Shown here piece by piece: positions 1-8,227 of a stretch of DNA of 23,648 nt. The notes under the pieces were generated by a model that was not told the origin of the DNA, ran no database searches, and was given only the letters and a program-made list of their open reading frames with translations. The translations under genes were made by a program, and so were the position numbers. The number at the start of each line of letters is the position of its first letter. Within the stretch, counting starts at the first letter, position 1. Where the stretch lies: NCBI GenBank assembly GCA_950072225.1, contig CATMOP010000002.1:1-23648 (forward strand), read 5' to 3'. This DNA comes from an uncultured Nitrospina sp. (GTDB taxonomy: Bacteria; Nitrospinota; Nitrospinia; Nitrospinales; VA-1).

Positions 1-893
1 TTAGGAAGGGACTGCGCACAACGAAAGCCAATATAGTTAAAAACTTCGTTTATAATCTGGCCATAGGTAGTCACTTTAGGGAAAACTTTGTTTTTGGGAT
101 GCAACCAGACCCGGTTGGTGATACGCAAGGCACCGGCAGAGGAGTTAAAGGAACCACCCCGCACAACTTTTGAATCTCCTGTCTCTGGCCCCTGGGGATT
201 GTTTTTCGAGCGAATTTTATAATAAGGTTCATACCAGTCGTTGACCCACTCCCAGACATTCCCCATCATGTCATAAACTCCATACTGGTTAGGAGCTGTA
301 TTGCCAACGGGATGTGTCGTTTTCTCCGAATTATCTTCAAACCACGTATAATTGCCGTGCACCATATTCCCCCAGAAATAGCGGGTCTTCGCACCTCCCC
401 GCGCCGCATATTCCCATTCCGCTTCGGAAGGTAAGCGACAGGCACCTGTCGATTTTTGGATAAATTTCTGCACATCCAGAAAGTTGACTTGCTCAACAGG
501 CAGGTCAGCTCCACTGAATTTGGAGGGCATAAATCCCATCAGCTTTTCCCAACGCGCCTGGGTCACTTCATATTTATCCAGATAGAAATCATCTACACAA
601 ACTTCATGCTCCGGTTTCTCGTCTTCCTGGGCATAGTCATTTCCCATGATAAAGCACCCACCTTTTATGAAAACCATCCCTTCGGGGGCTTTGCTGGCTT
701 TTACCTGATCTTCAGGAGAAAGTAGAACCGGTACCACCCGCTCAATAGGGATAGGGGATGGGTCTTCCGTTACCTCTGGCAATTCGGAAAAGCTGGGATG
801 GATTTCCTGATGGGCCTGGTCTTCGGCTTTTTCGGAGCAAGCAGAAACCAGAGAAATAATACTGATAATAATGAAAAATTTAAAAAAACACAT
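1..893 (-). CDS. FGE/SUMF1 (formylglycine-generating enzyme) family domain lipoprotein; C-terminal end runs off the window start
   Basis: Absent from the ORF track because this frame has no stop inside the window. My translation from the ATG at 893 (minus) gives MCFFKFFIIISIISLVSACSEK (signal peptide with lipobox VSAC). It continues through FIMGND, YEVTQARW, RLPSEAEWEYAARGG, GNVWEWVNDWY, VVRGGSF and GFRCA, the typical FGE-sulfatase domain blocks. The listed 62-aa and 82-aa minus ORFs and the 89-aa plus ORF are other frames of this gene. Confidence 0.8.
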   Translation of the reverse strand, partial: MCFFKFFIIISIISLVSACSEKAEDQAHQEIHPSFSELPEVTEDPSPIPIERVVPVLLSPEDQVKASKAPEGMVFIKGGCFIMGNDYAQEDEKPEHEVCVDDFYLDKYEVTQARWEKLMGFMPSKFSGADLPVEQVNFLDVQKFIQKSTGACRLPSEAEWEYAARGGAKTRYFWGNMVHGNYTWFEDNSEKTTHPVGNTAPNQYGVYDMMGNVWEWVNDWYEPYYKIRSKNNPQGPETGDSKVVRGGSFNSSAGALRITNRVWLHPKNKVFPKVTTYGQIINEVFNYIGFRCAQSLP

Positions 894-1118
894 TGTTTTA
901 GAAGGAGTTGTAAAAAGTTTGCATAATACCATTTTAATAGCGTTTTACAAAAAAAATCTAGACCTCAACTAATCCCCCCCGAATTTTTCTTGAAATAGCC
1001 CTGGAATGAGTTAAAAGGGGTACTTAAACCCCATTCAATCTAAAAAAAGTCTTAAATTTTTCGTCCAAATGCCGATAAATAGAGAAAACGATCTCTTCTT
1101 GTCTGAAGGAGCTGGACT

Positions 1119-3461
1119 TTGCGAATTATAAGACCATTCTGCGTTTATACCCTTTTCGTTATATTTGGGGCAAGTTGCAGTACTCTGGAAACAACCTATC
1201 AGAAAACGCGAAATGCGATGGGGGACCTTGTTTCCATAGCCAAGGAAACCTCTCTTCCGACACTCGAACGGGACGAGTATATCGACCTGCAATTCGCCCG
1301 GCATCAGTTCAACCGAAGAGAATATGCTGTATCGGAGTTTTATATTAAAAAGACGCTGGTCAATGACCCGGATAACCGAGAGGCCATTCAACTTCTGCCT
1401 TGGACCTATTTTTTTCAAAAACGTTTTGATAAGGCGCTAGCGGCTTTCGAACAGGCTCATACCTTATACAAAAAAGACCCAACTCCCTTGCTGGGTATGG
1501 GCTGGTGTTATTTCAGCTTAAAGCATTACCAAAAATCTCTGGAAAGTTTTGAACATGCCGAAAGATTTGCTCCGCATTCCTATGAAGCTCACAAAGGAAA
1601 GGCTTTCATACATCTGGTGCAAAAGCGGAGCCAACTTGCGAAAAAAGAGCTGGAAAAAATTCTTCGTCCTGCCAAGGTAGAAGAGTTGCTGGAAATGTGG
1701 ACAACCTGGAACCAGGCCACCCGGCACTGGGAAATTGTTCCTTCAAACCCCGAATCGAGTTCGATATTTACATTACCGGTTGAGTTTCCCCGATATCGTA
1801 GCCTCCTTCTGGGAATGCCCTTGGAAGATACGGAGTCTTTAGATTCTGCATGGGAAAGCTTTCATCAGGGCAAATACACCAAAGCGGCTGACTTTTTTGA
1901 CGACCTTACTAAAACAAAATTTCCAAACCTGGATGCGATAAATGGCCTGGCCTGGAGCCTTTTGCATGCAAAACAAATCAATAAATCGGAAAAAATATTC
2001 AGGGAGATCCTGGAGATCTACCCGAATTTCTTAGGAGCCTTCAAGGGCCTACAGGAAATCCAGAAAATCAAAAAGCACCAGGCCGTTTATGTCCAATATT
2101 ATATGGATTTAGGAAAATACCAGATCGCAGCAGAGAAACTGGATGAGTTATTGGATCGATACAATGACTGGGCTCATCTTTACAATCAATATGGGAAGGT
2201 TTTTCTTGCCCGTAACGAGTATTACAAAGCTCGAGATTATTTTCTTACAGCTCAGGAGGTTTCCCCTAATAACAGTACCGCCCTACTCGGCCTTGAACAG
2301 GTGCAAAAAAGATTGGACAAACAACTATATAAAGCTGACCAAGCTTTAAAAAAAGGCGACTACAAGAAGGCAACCCTAATTTATCATGATTATGTGACTG
2401 ATGAAGAATGGCCTTCTACTAAATATAATCTGGCCCATGCCTATAACGGGCTGGGCTGGAGCCAGTTCCAGAAAAAACAATATGGGTATGCCATTGACAA
2501 GTTTTTCAAATCCATTGAGCATGAAGATTATGAGGTGTCTTCTGCTAAAGGGCTCGGCCTGTCCTTGTATGCCTTAAAAAATTACCGGGATGCCATCCCC
2601 TATCTGGAAATGGCTTTGAAGTATGACCCCGAAAACAAGAATCTGGCCTACAAGCTGGACTGGAGCGTTCTGAGAAGCGGGTCCAGGGAAAGTTCCCGAA
2701 AGTATTTTGAAAAGATTTTAAAAGACCATCCTCTCCGTGCCTCGCCTTATATGGCTCTCGGTTGGATTCATTACAATTCGAGAAATCCTGATCTAGCAGT
2801 GGAATACTTTCTTAAAGCAATATCTCTGGATCCCGATTTTGCGCTGACACCGGAGTTTTTGGAATTGCTGAAAAAGGAACGTTTTGGCTGGCAGGCATAC
2901 AATTCCCTAGGCTGGACATACTATCAAAAGCAATTGTATGACAAGGCCATGCAAATGTTCAGGATTTCTATTAAAATCCAGCCTAACAAATCCGAAGCCC
3001 GTAAGGGAATGGGTTATGTCTATTTTTGGCAAGAAAAGTATGATTCGGCTATCACCATGTTAGAACAATGTTTGGCTTTAAACCCAGATCCCAACCCTGT
3101 ATTTGAAAGGGTAACAGGTTCCAACGCCATTGCACCCTTCCAGATGCAGACCACAGCGCGAACCAAACTGGGAAGGATCCACTTTATCAAGGATGATATC
3201 CTGATGGCAATCAACCTGTTTAACGAAGAAATCCGCAGGAACCCCAGTCAACCCGATGCCTTTGATGGATTGGGATGGGCTTATCTTAAGCAAGGCCGAT
3301 CCCTGGAGGCCAGATCGGCATTCAACACAGCAATTCAACTGGAACCTCTTAATAATTCAGCACAAAAAGGCTTAAAGGAAGCAAAACAGACTATCACCGA
3401 AAAACGCCTGAAAACCAAAAGCGCTTCCCCTTTTATTTCCTTCCAAACAAGTCCAAATTAG
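1119..3461 (+). CDS. Large tetratricopeptide (TPR) repeat protein, probably exported (possible lipoprotein)
   Basis: 780-aa ORF with a TTG start preceded by GAAGGAG (1105-1111). The N-terminus MRIIRPFCVYTLFVIFGASCS is signal-peptide-like with a Cys, but the lipobox is imperfect. The body is many ~34-aa units with the TPR signature, e.g. LGMGWCYFSLKHYQKSLESFEHAERFAP, GLGWSQFQKKQYGYAIDKFFKSIE, SLGWTYYQKQLYDKAMQMFRISIKIQPN and GLGWAYLKQGRSLEARSAFNTAIQLEPLN. Confidence 0.8.
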   Translation: MRIIRPFCVYTLFVIFGASCSTLETTYQKTRNAMGDLVSIAKETSLPTLERDEYIDLQFARHQFNRREYAVSEFYIKKTLVNDPDNREAIQLLPWTYFFQKRFDKALAAFEQAHTLYKKDPTPLLGMGWCYFSLKHYQKSLESFEHAERFAPHSYEAHKGKAFIHLVQKRSQLAKKELEKILRPAKVEELLEMWTTWNQATRHWEIVPSNPESSSIFTLPVEFPRYRSLLLGMPLEDTESLDSAWESFHQGKYTKAADFFDDLTKTKFPNLDAINGLAWSLLHAKQINKSEKIFREILEIYPNFLGAFKGLQEIQKIKKHQAVYVQYYMDLGKYQIAAEKLDELLDRYNDWAHLYNQYGKVFLARNEYYKARDYFLTAQEVSPNNSTALLGLEQVQKRLDKQLYKADQALKKGDYKKATLIYHDYVTDEEWPSTKYNLAHAYNGLGWSQFQKKQYGYAIDKFFKSIEHEDYEVSSAKGLGLSLYALKNYRDAIPYLEMALKYDPENKNLAYKLDWSVLRSGSRESSRKYFEKILKDHPLRASPYMALGWIHYNSRNPDLAVEYFLKAISLDPDFALTPEFLELLKKERFGWQAYNSLGWTYYQKQLYDKAMQMFRISIKIQPNKSEARKGMGYVYFWQEKYDSAITMLEQCLALNPDPNPVFERVTGSNAIAPFQMQTTARTKLGRIHFIKDDILMAINLFNEEIRRNPSQPDAFDGLGWAYLKQGRSLEARSAFNTAIQLEPLNNSAQKGLKEAKQTITEKRLKTKSASPFISFQTSPN

Positions 3462-3500
3462 CTAATTAACGTTTTATTTACACAATATCAAAACTTTCGA

Positions 3501-3528
3501 TTGACAGCTGACAAGATTTGCTTAAAAT
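3501..3528 (+). promoter_or_regulatory. Near-consensus sigma70-type promoter with no downstream ORF (TTGACA, 16 nt, TAAAAT)
   Basis: TTGACA at 3501-3506, a 16-nt spacer, then TAAAAT at 3523-3528. It lies in the convergent gap between the TPR gene and acs, and no plus-strand gene follows. It may be a chance match in AT-rich DNA or part of a repeat fragment (3529-3550). Confidence 0.35.
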
Positions 3529-3603
3529 GGATTGCTATCCCACTGGTTGCAAAAATATTAGAGACTTTCAAAGTTTTTTGGGGGGGAAGAGGAGACCTTT
3601 CTC

Positions 3604-3658
3604 TTTTCACTGTAGGAGTGAGAAATCATGGAGTTGAATCTTGATTCGACTCCATGAT
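3604..3658 (+). terminator. Two adjacent stem-loops in the convergent gap; terminator or RNA 3'-end structure, no canonical U-tract
   Basis: Hairpin 1: TTTTCACT (3604-3611), loop GTAGG, AGTGAGAA (3617-3624). Hairpin 2: ATCATGGAGTTGAAT (3625-3639), loop CTTG, ATTCGACTCCATGAT (3644-3658). Each has one T-G position that pairs as a G-U wobble only in the plus-strand RNA and would be an A-C mismatch in the minus-strand RNA. The nearest T-run (TTTTT, 3673-3677) is about 15 nt downstream. Confidence 0.4.
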
Positions 3659-3679
3659 CCCGGTTGCCTGCTTTTTGTC

Positions 3680-5665
3680 CTATCTTTCCTTAGAAAACAT
3701 TTCCAAGTAAGAAGACTTGAGATTATCTACAACGGATGGGTCTGCTAAAGTCGAGATATCTCCTAATTGATCGGCTTCATTGGCAGCGATTTTTCTCAAA
3801 ATACGTCGCATGATTTTTCCTGAGCGGGTTTTTGGAAGCGCTGGAGCCCATTGTATGATATCCGGTGCGGCAATCGGCCCAATTTCTTTTCGTACAAACT
3901 GTACCAGTGTTTTCTTTAACGTTTCATCCGGTTGCACTCCATCCATAAGGGAAACATAGGCATAGATTCCCTGCCCTTTTATTTCATGGGGAAATCCTAC
4001 CACTGCGGCTTCCGCCACATTTTCATTAAGAACAAGAGCTGATTCCACTTCAGCAGTTCCGATTCTATGGCCGGCTACATTGATAACATCATCAACCCTA
4101 CCAGTGATCCAATAATAACCGTCTTCATCCCGACGGCAACCGTCACCGGTGAAATAATAACCGGGATAAAGCTTAAAATAGGTTTCCTCAAAACGTTCAT
4201 GATCGCCATAAATTGTTCTCATTTGACCCGGCCAGGGTTCAGAAATCGCCAGCACCCCTGTTACCCCGTTGCCTTCAAGTGTCTTACCGGTTTCCGCCTC
4301 AATCACTACGGGTTTTACACCAAAAAAAGGCAGGGTTGCCGAACCCGGTTTAGCTGGAGTACAACCGGGCAGAGGGGTAATCAAAATGCCACCGGTTTCC
4401 GTCTGCCACCAGGTATCTACGATAGGACAATTCCCCTTTCCTATGTTTTTATAATACCAACGCCATGCTTCCGGATTAATCGGTTCGCCAACCGTCCCCA
4501 AAATCCTTAAACTCGACAAGTCATATTTGGCAGGTGTTTCATCACCATGAGACATGAGCGCACGAATCGCCGTCGGGGCAGTATAAAATTGGGTGACTTT
4601 AAGCCGGTCCACAACATCCCAAAATCTTCCCGCGTCCGGATAAGTGGGAATACCTTCGAACATAACCGTTGTCGCTCCATTGGCCAACGGCCCATAAATG
4701 ATATATGAGTGACCTGTGACCCAGCCAATATCCGCCGTACACCACCAGATATCACCGTCCTGATAATCAAAAATGTATTTGTGAGTTAGAGCTGTGTAGA
4801 CCATGTATCCGCCCACACTATGCTGGACCCCTTTGGGTTTTCCTGTTGAGCCGGAAGTATAGAGAATAAACAGGGGGTCCTCCGAAGACATGACTTCAGC
4901 CTCACAAACAGGATCGGCATTTTGCGTTTCTTCATGCCACCAGGTATCCCGACCCGATTGCATTTGCACGGAAACCTTTTCCCCCACTCTCTGGGACACA
5001 ATGCAGGTTTTAACGACTACGCCTGCCTTTTCGGCCAACTGCATAGCTTCATCGGCATTGGGTTTTAAAGGGACCGATTTCGCACCACGAAATCCTCCAT
5101 CCGTGGTAATGAGAACGGTGCAGGTGGAATCTACAATTCGATCCGCCAGGGCTATTGGCGAAAAACCGCCAAAAACGATAGAGTGAATCGCCCCTACCCT
5201 CGCGCAAGCCAGCATGGCAATAGCCAATTCCATCACCATGGGCATATAAATAGAGATGCGATCGCCCTTTTTTACCCCGTGGCGTTTTAGAATATTGGAA
5301 AATTTACAAACTTCTTCATGCAGTTGGCGGTATGTTAATTTCTGGTTCTCACCGGGTTCGTTCCCTTCCCATAAAATAGCCGTCTGGTTTCCCCGTTTTT
5401 CCAAATGGCGATCCAGGCAATTGACCGTAATATTGGTTTCTGCCCCTTTGAACCATTCGATGTGTATGTTCCCGTTTTTGATATTGTAATTGTAGTCACG
5501 CACCTGATCCCATTTCTTAAACCAGGTGAACTTTTCCGCCTCATCCGCCCAAAACTTTTCCGGTTCAAGGATGGAACGCTCATACATTTCCCGGTATTGT
5601 TCCATGTTTTGGATCAATGCTTTTGCGGAAACGGACTCCGGAGGATGATAGATTTCCTCACTCAT
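3680..5665 (-). CDS. acs: Acetyl-CoA synthetase (AMP-forming acetate--CoA ligase)
   Basis: 661-aa ORF with the AMP-binding signature [19 protein letters not shown] and the C-terminal SGKIMRR lysine motif. The N-terminus ([18 protein letters not shown]) is typical of Acs. GGAGA sits 8 nt upstream of the ATG. Confidence 0.97.
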   Translation of the reverse strand: MSEEIYHPPESVSAKALIQNMEQYREMYERSILEPEKFWADEAEKFTWFKKWDQVRDYNYNIKNGNIHIEWFKGAETNITVNCLDRHLEKRGNQTAILWEGNEPGENQKLTYRQLHEEVCKFSNILKRHGVKKGDRISIYMPMVMELAIAMLACARVGAIHSIVFGGFSPIALADRIVDSTCTVLITTDGGFRGAKSVPLKPNADEAMQLAEKAGVVVKTCIVSQRVGEKVSVQMQSGRDTWWHEETQNADPVCEAEVMSSEDPLFILYTSGSTGKPKGVQHSVGGYMVYTALTHKYIFDYQDGDIWWCTADIGWVTGHSYIIYGPLANGATTVMFEGIPTYPDAGRFWDVVDRLKVTQFYTAPTAIRALMSHGDETPAKYDLSSLRILGTVGEPINPEAWRWYYKNIGKGNCPIVDTWWQTETGGILITPLPGCTPAKPGSATLPFFGVKPVVIEAETGKTLEGNGVTGVLAISEPWPGQMRTIYGDHERFEETYFKLYPGYYFTGDGCRRDEDGYYWITGRVDDVINVAGHRIGTAEVESALVLNENVAEAAVVGFPHEIKGQGIYAYVSLMDGVQPDETLKKTLVQFVRKEIGPIAAPDIIQWAPALPKTRSGKIMRRILRKIAANEADQLGDISTLADPSVVDNLKSSYLEMFSKER

Positions 5666-5703
5666 ATTTTTTCTCCAACCGTTAAAAAAAACGGTATATT
5701 TTT

Positions 5704-6135
5704 TTAAAGGGACCGGACAGCCCTGGCCGCTTCGGTCAAGGTCCAGAGTCCCTCAGGATGGCTGAACTCTCCATCGCGGATATTTAACACCCATGTGCGC
5801 ATCCGGCCAGTCACCTGTTGCGCGATCATGGAAAACCCTCCCCCGGAGGCGAAATGATCGCTGATGTAAATAGTCTTGCCAAACTGGTCCGTATTTTCAA
5901 ATTTTTTATCAAACAGGGTCAACATTTCATCTTTTTCGGGTAGCCGCCAATTATCATATCCGGCATATTTTTTTTCTCTTAATTCACGCACATAATCGCC
6001 GCTATCCTGATAATTGACCCATTTCTTCAAATCATTCATGCTATCGGTCTTGCACCACATCAAACCCTGCGCCTTGCAGGTGACCGTACCATCGCCATTA
6101 TCGATAAAAATATTTTCAGCGTTATCACTACTCAT
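5704..6135 (-). CDS. DUF1566 (Lcl C-terminal-like) domain protein, no signal peptide
   Basis: The ORF track gives 5704..6183 (159 aa). I prefer the internal ATG at 6135 ([29 protein letters not shown]...), because a 6183 start leaves only 25 nt to the divergent neighbour. DNGDGTV(T)..(T)GLMW followed by [13 protein letters not shown] matches the DUF1566 pattern as I remember it. Neither start has a clear SD. Confidence 0.6.
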   Translation of the reverse strand: MSSDNAENIFIDNGDGTVTCKAQGLMWCKTDSMNDLKKWVNYQDSGDYVRELREKKYAGYDNWRLPEKDEMLTLFDKKFENTDQFGKTIYISDHFASGGGFSMIAQQVTGRMRTWVLNIRDGEFSHPEGLWTLTEAARAVRSL

Positions 6136-6214
6136 AATGTTATAAAATTCATTTGAGAATTTAAAATTAAGATAAAGTATCATTTCAGCGATTTTTTATC
6201 AAAGGTTCTTGGCT

Positions 6215-6646
6215 ATGTCTCAAACTCCATTACAGCAGAAAAAGGTTTTACTGACTCATTTGGACTGGAACCTGCAAAGGTTGGATGAAGTCTTAAAACA
6301 AGGAAGTACCGATTATTTCAAGAGTGCCGCCCTGCAACGGTTTGGACATACTTATACCATGGCTATGAAGAGCATTCGCGGTTTTGTGGAGTCTGAAGTG
6401 GTAACCGATGATGAGCAATGTATTGCATTGGCAATACAAAACCGCTGGACTGAAGACCAACCTCAATGGGCAGAAATGATCGCAGACTACAAACGCGTCA
6501 ATCAAAAACCCACTGAACAGGAAACAGAAGCCATATACCAGAAACTCCCCGGCTACCTGCAAGCCTTCAAAAACCTATATTCACTACTAGGCGTAGGGCC
6601 AACTGGCAATAGCTTTTATGAGCGAACAATGGGTTGCTCGGCTTGA
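6215..6646 (+). CDS. HEPN-like, HI0074-type nucleotidyltransferase-substrate-binding-like protein; catalytic motif degenerate
   Basis: ATG at 6215 with AAAGG 9 nt upstream (the track starts at TTG 6209). LQRFGHTYTMAMKSIRGFVE resembles the QRFE.t.E..WK block of the HI0074 family. WAEMIADYKRVNQKPTEQETEAIYQKLPGYL aligns to the W..m...RN.tsH.Y.e block, but the His of R-x4-6-H is missing (RVNQKP). The last ~13 codons are encoded by an intergenic repeat unit. Confidence 0.5.
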   Translation: MSQTPLQQKKVLLTHLDWNLQRLDEVLKQGSTDYFKSAALQRFGHTYTMAMKSIRGFVESEVVTDDEQCIALAIQNRWTEDQPQWAEMIADYKRVNQKPTEQETEAIYQKLPGYLQAFKNLYSLLGVGPTGNSFYERTMGCSA

Positions 6647-6784
6647 GGAGTTCTTGCTATCTGCCTCCCTCGCTAGAGGGCGGCCAGCGGCCGGGGGCAG
6701 ATTTCAATAGCTTTCGCTGGCAAGCAGGAGGTATAAGCGGCTTAACGAGTCATTGCCCATTTGTATCCCTCGCTAGAGGGCCGG
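6607..6784 (+). repeat. Two tandem ~100-nt units of a mosaic intergenic repeat family (family 1), each ending in a palindromic hairpin
   Basis: CAATAGC at 6607 and 6705. The palindrome CCCTCGCTAGAGGG occurs at 6667-6680 and 6767-6780, exactly 100 nt apart. The core GTTGCTCGGCTTGAGGAGTTCTTGCTATCTGCC (6633-6665) and CGGCTTAACGAGTCATTGC (6738-6756) recur elsewhere: 11454-11504, 14275-14308, and inverted at 20235-20293. Confidence 0.8.
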
Positions 6785-6792
6785 AATCAATT

Positions 6793-8115
6793 ATGAAGTT
6801 TAGACATAACCTCGCAAAAGAGACCTTTAAAGGTAAAAAGAAGAACACCGAACGGGGTGTTGAAGATCTAATCGATCCAGACCAACGCGGAAACCAGTCC
6901 AGCGCTGAGGTGGAAACGAACATCTTGAGCCTGGACAAAGAAACCATTACCCCAGAACCGGTCGCGGAAGAACCCAGGGAGATGTCCCGCCGGGATATTT
7001 TTTCGTTCGGCAACTTCCTCGATTTCGGCACAGCGGTGGAGGATGAAGCGCAAAAATCTGCTGAAAAGGTTCCCCAAAAACAGTTAGAGGATGAGGAAGA
7101 TGAGAAACCCGAGGTTTCTGCTGATTCGGAACCTGCCGAAGGGGTCGACGGAGTCGAAGCGGTCGAAGAAGTCGAAAAAATTGAAGAGTCCGAACCGAAA
7201 AAAGGATTTTTCAAACGACTGATATCGAAATTCAAATCAGACCCGGAGGAAAAGCTTTCGCTGCAATCGGAACCGGAAACCCAACCGGAATCGGCGGAAG
7301 GACCTGTCGAAAAACCTGTCGAGGAATCCATCGAGACATCGGCAGAGCTCGGCAACAATATCTTTGAGATTGAGGAGGCCGAAGACCCGGAATACGACCG
7401 CCGCAATTTATTACGGCAGGGCGTCCACTTTTTCGCCAAACCCGCCGTTGATAAAGTCCAGAGTAAAATTGACGGCATCAACAAAGTGATGGACAAGATC
7501 ACCAAACGGGTTCCCCTGTTGAGGCCGCCGGGCGCGATTTCTGAGAGGCAGTTTTTGCAAGCTTGTTCCCATTGCGATGAATGCATCCACGCCTGCCCAA
7601 AAGATGCCATCCTGCGTGCACCCAAGAAAATGGGGTTCCTCGTTTTCAACACACCCTATATTGACCCCATGCGCAACCCTTGCGTGATGTGCACCGACCT
7701 GCCCTGCATCTCGGCCTGCCCCGATAAGGCTCTACTTCCGGTGCAGGAGCTTAGTGACGTAAACATGGGCTACGCCATTTTAGATAAGAAAAAATGTCAG
7801 GCCTACGGCGACACGTTTTGCCAGCAATGCGTGATCGACTGCCCAGTTCCGGGAGCGATTTACCAGGTGGATGACAAACCGATCATCGATAAAAATATCT
7901 GCACCGGTTGCGGAGTCTGTATGCGCTCATGCAGTACAGTCAATATTCCCCTGGCCATCAAGATCAAGCCGCAGATGGTGATCGAAGCTCAGCTTCACAA
8001 AAAACGCAAGGAACAGGAGTTGGCCCGCATCGAAGCGGAACAAAGGGCGGCAAAGCAGAAAGAAATCCTCCTCAGCCAGGATAGTGAGGAAACCTCAGAA
8101 GACCCGGAACCTTGA
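6793..8115 (+). CDS. NapF-like 4Fe-4S poly-ferredoxin with ~250-aa acidic low-complexity N-terminal extension
   Basis: The track ORF starts at TTG 6634, but its first 53 codons read through the repeat units. I use the in-frame ATG at 6793 (MKFRHNLAKE). The C-terminal third has four Fe-S motifs: CSHCDECIHACP, CVMCTDLPCISACP, C..FCQQCVIDCP and CTGCGVCMRSC. These are preceded by RRNLLRQG and LRPPGAISERQF, as in NapF-type ferredoxins. The N-terminal part is E/D/P/S-rich and the tail is K/E-rich. Confidence 0.75.
   Translation: MKFRHNLAKETFKGKKKNTERGVEDLIDPDQRGNQSSAEVETNILSLDKETITPEPVAEEPREMSRRDIFSFGNFLDFGTAVEDEAQKSAEKVPQKQLEDEEDEKPEVSADSEPAEGVDGVEAVEEVEKIEESEPKKGFFKRLISKFKSDPEEKLSLQSEPETQPESAEGPVEKPVEESIETSAELGNNIFEIEEAEDPEYDRRNLLRQGVHFFAKPAVDKVQSKIDGINKVMDKITKRVPLLRPPGAISERQFLQACSHCDECIHACPKDAILRAPKKMGFLVFNTPYIDPMRNPCVMCTDLPCISACPDKALLPVQELSDVNMGYAILDKKKCQAYGDTFCQQCVIDCPVPGAIYQVDDKPIIDKNICTGCGVCMRSCSTVNIPLAIKIKPQMVIEAQLHKKRKEQELARIEAEQRAAKQKEILLSQDSEETSEDPEP
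7144..7197 (+). repeat. In-frame 9-nt tandem repeat inside the ferredoxin gene
   Basis: GTCGACGGA GTCGAAGCG GTCGAAGAA GTCGAAAAA ATTGAAGAG TCCGAACCG, encoding VDG VEA VEE VEK IEE SEP. Confidence 0.8.
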
Positions 8116-8227
8116 GTCTCACCCCCTCCTCGCCAGATTTACGCTTGCAAGTCGGTGCCGTTTTCGGTACGGTGCTAGCCTTTGCCCAAGGTCCACAACC
8201 ATCCCATAAAAAACTAATTGAGCCTCA

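Noticed and set aside
71-725. Track ORFs 71..259 (-), 266..514 (-) and 456..725 (+)
   Set aside because: They are alternative frames or the antisense of the long FGE-family frame, which I translated from 893 to the window edge. They have no motifs, and the real frame explains the region.
3625-3658. tRNA-like T-arm (GGAGTTGAATC...GACTCC)
   Set aside because: The loop and stem do not fit the GTTCRANYC T-loop geometry. No acceptor, D or anticodon arms can be drawn on either strand.
5678-5695. Hairpin ACCGTT-A6-AACGGT between the DUF1566 gene and acs
   Set aside because: It is a 6-bp AT-poor stem. The T-run follows it only on the plus strand, where nothing is transcribed toward it. On the coding (minus) strand it is followed directly by the acs SD, so it is not a credible terminator.
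6667-6780. Possible CRISPR array (repeated palindromic CCCTCGCTAGAGGG)
   Set aside because: There are only two copies. The material between them is itself repeat-derived rather than unique spacer. The repeat is too short, and there are no cas genes.
6634-6792. TTG-initiated 53-codon N-terminal extension of the ferredoxin ORF
   Set aside because: It reads straight through the two tandem repeat units and their palindromes. The in-frame ATG at 6793 follows the repeat. The extra N-terminal codons of the P-II ORF (14105-14176) and the nuoE ORF (14276-14350) are rejected for the same reason.
6750-7652. 300-aa minus-strand ORF antisense to the ferredoxin gene
   Set aside because: It is a Ser-rich low-complexity mirror image of the GAA/GAG-rich acidic coding strand. 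It has no domain features and overlaps a gene with clear Fe-S motifs.
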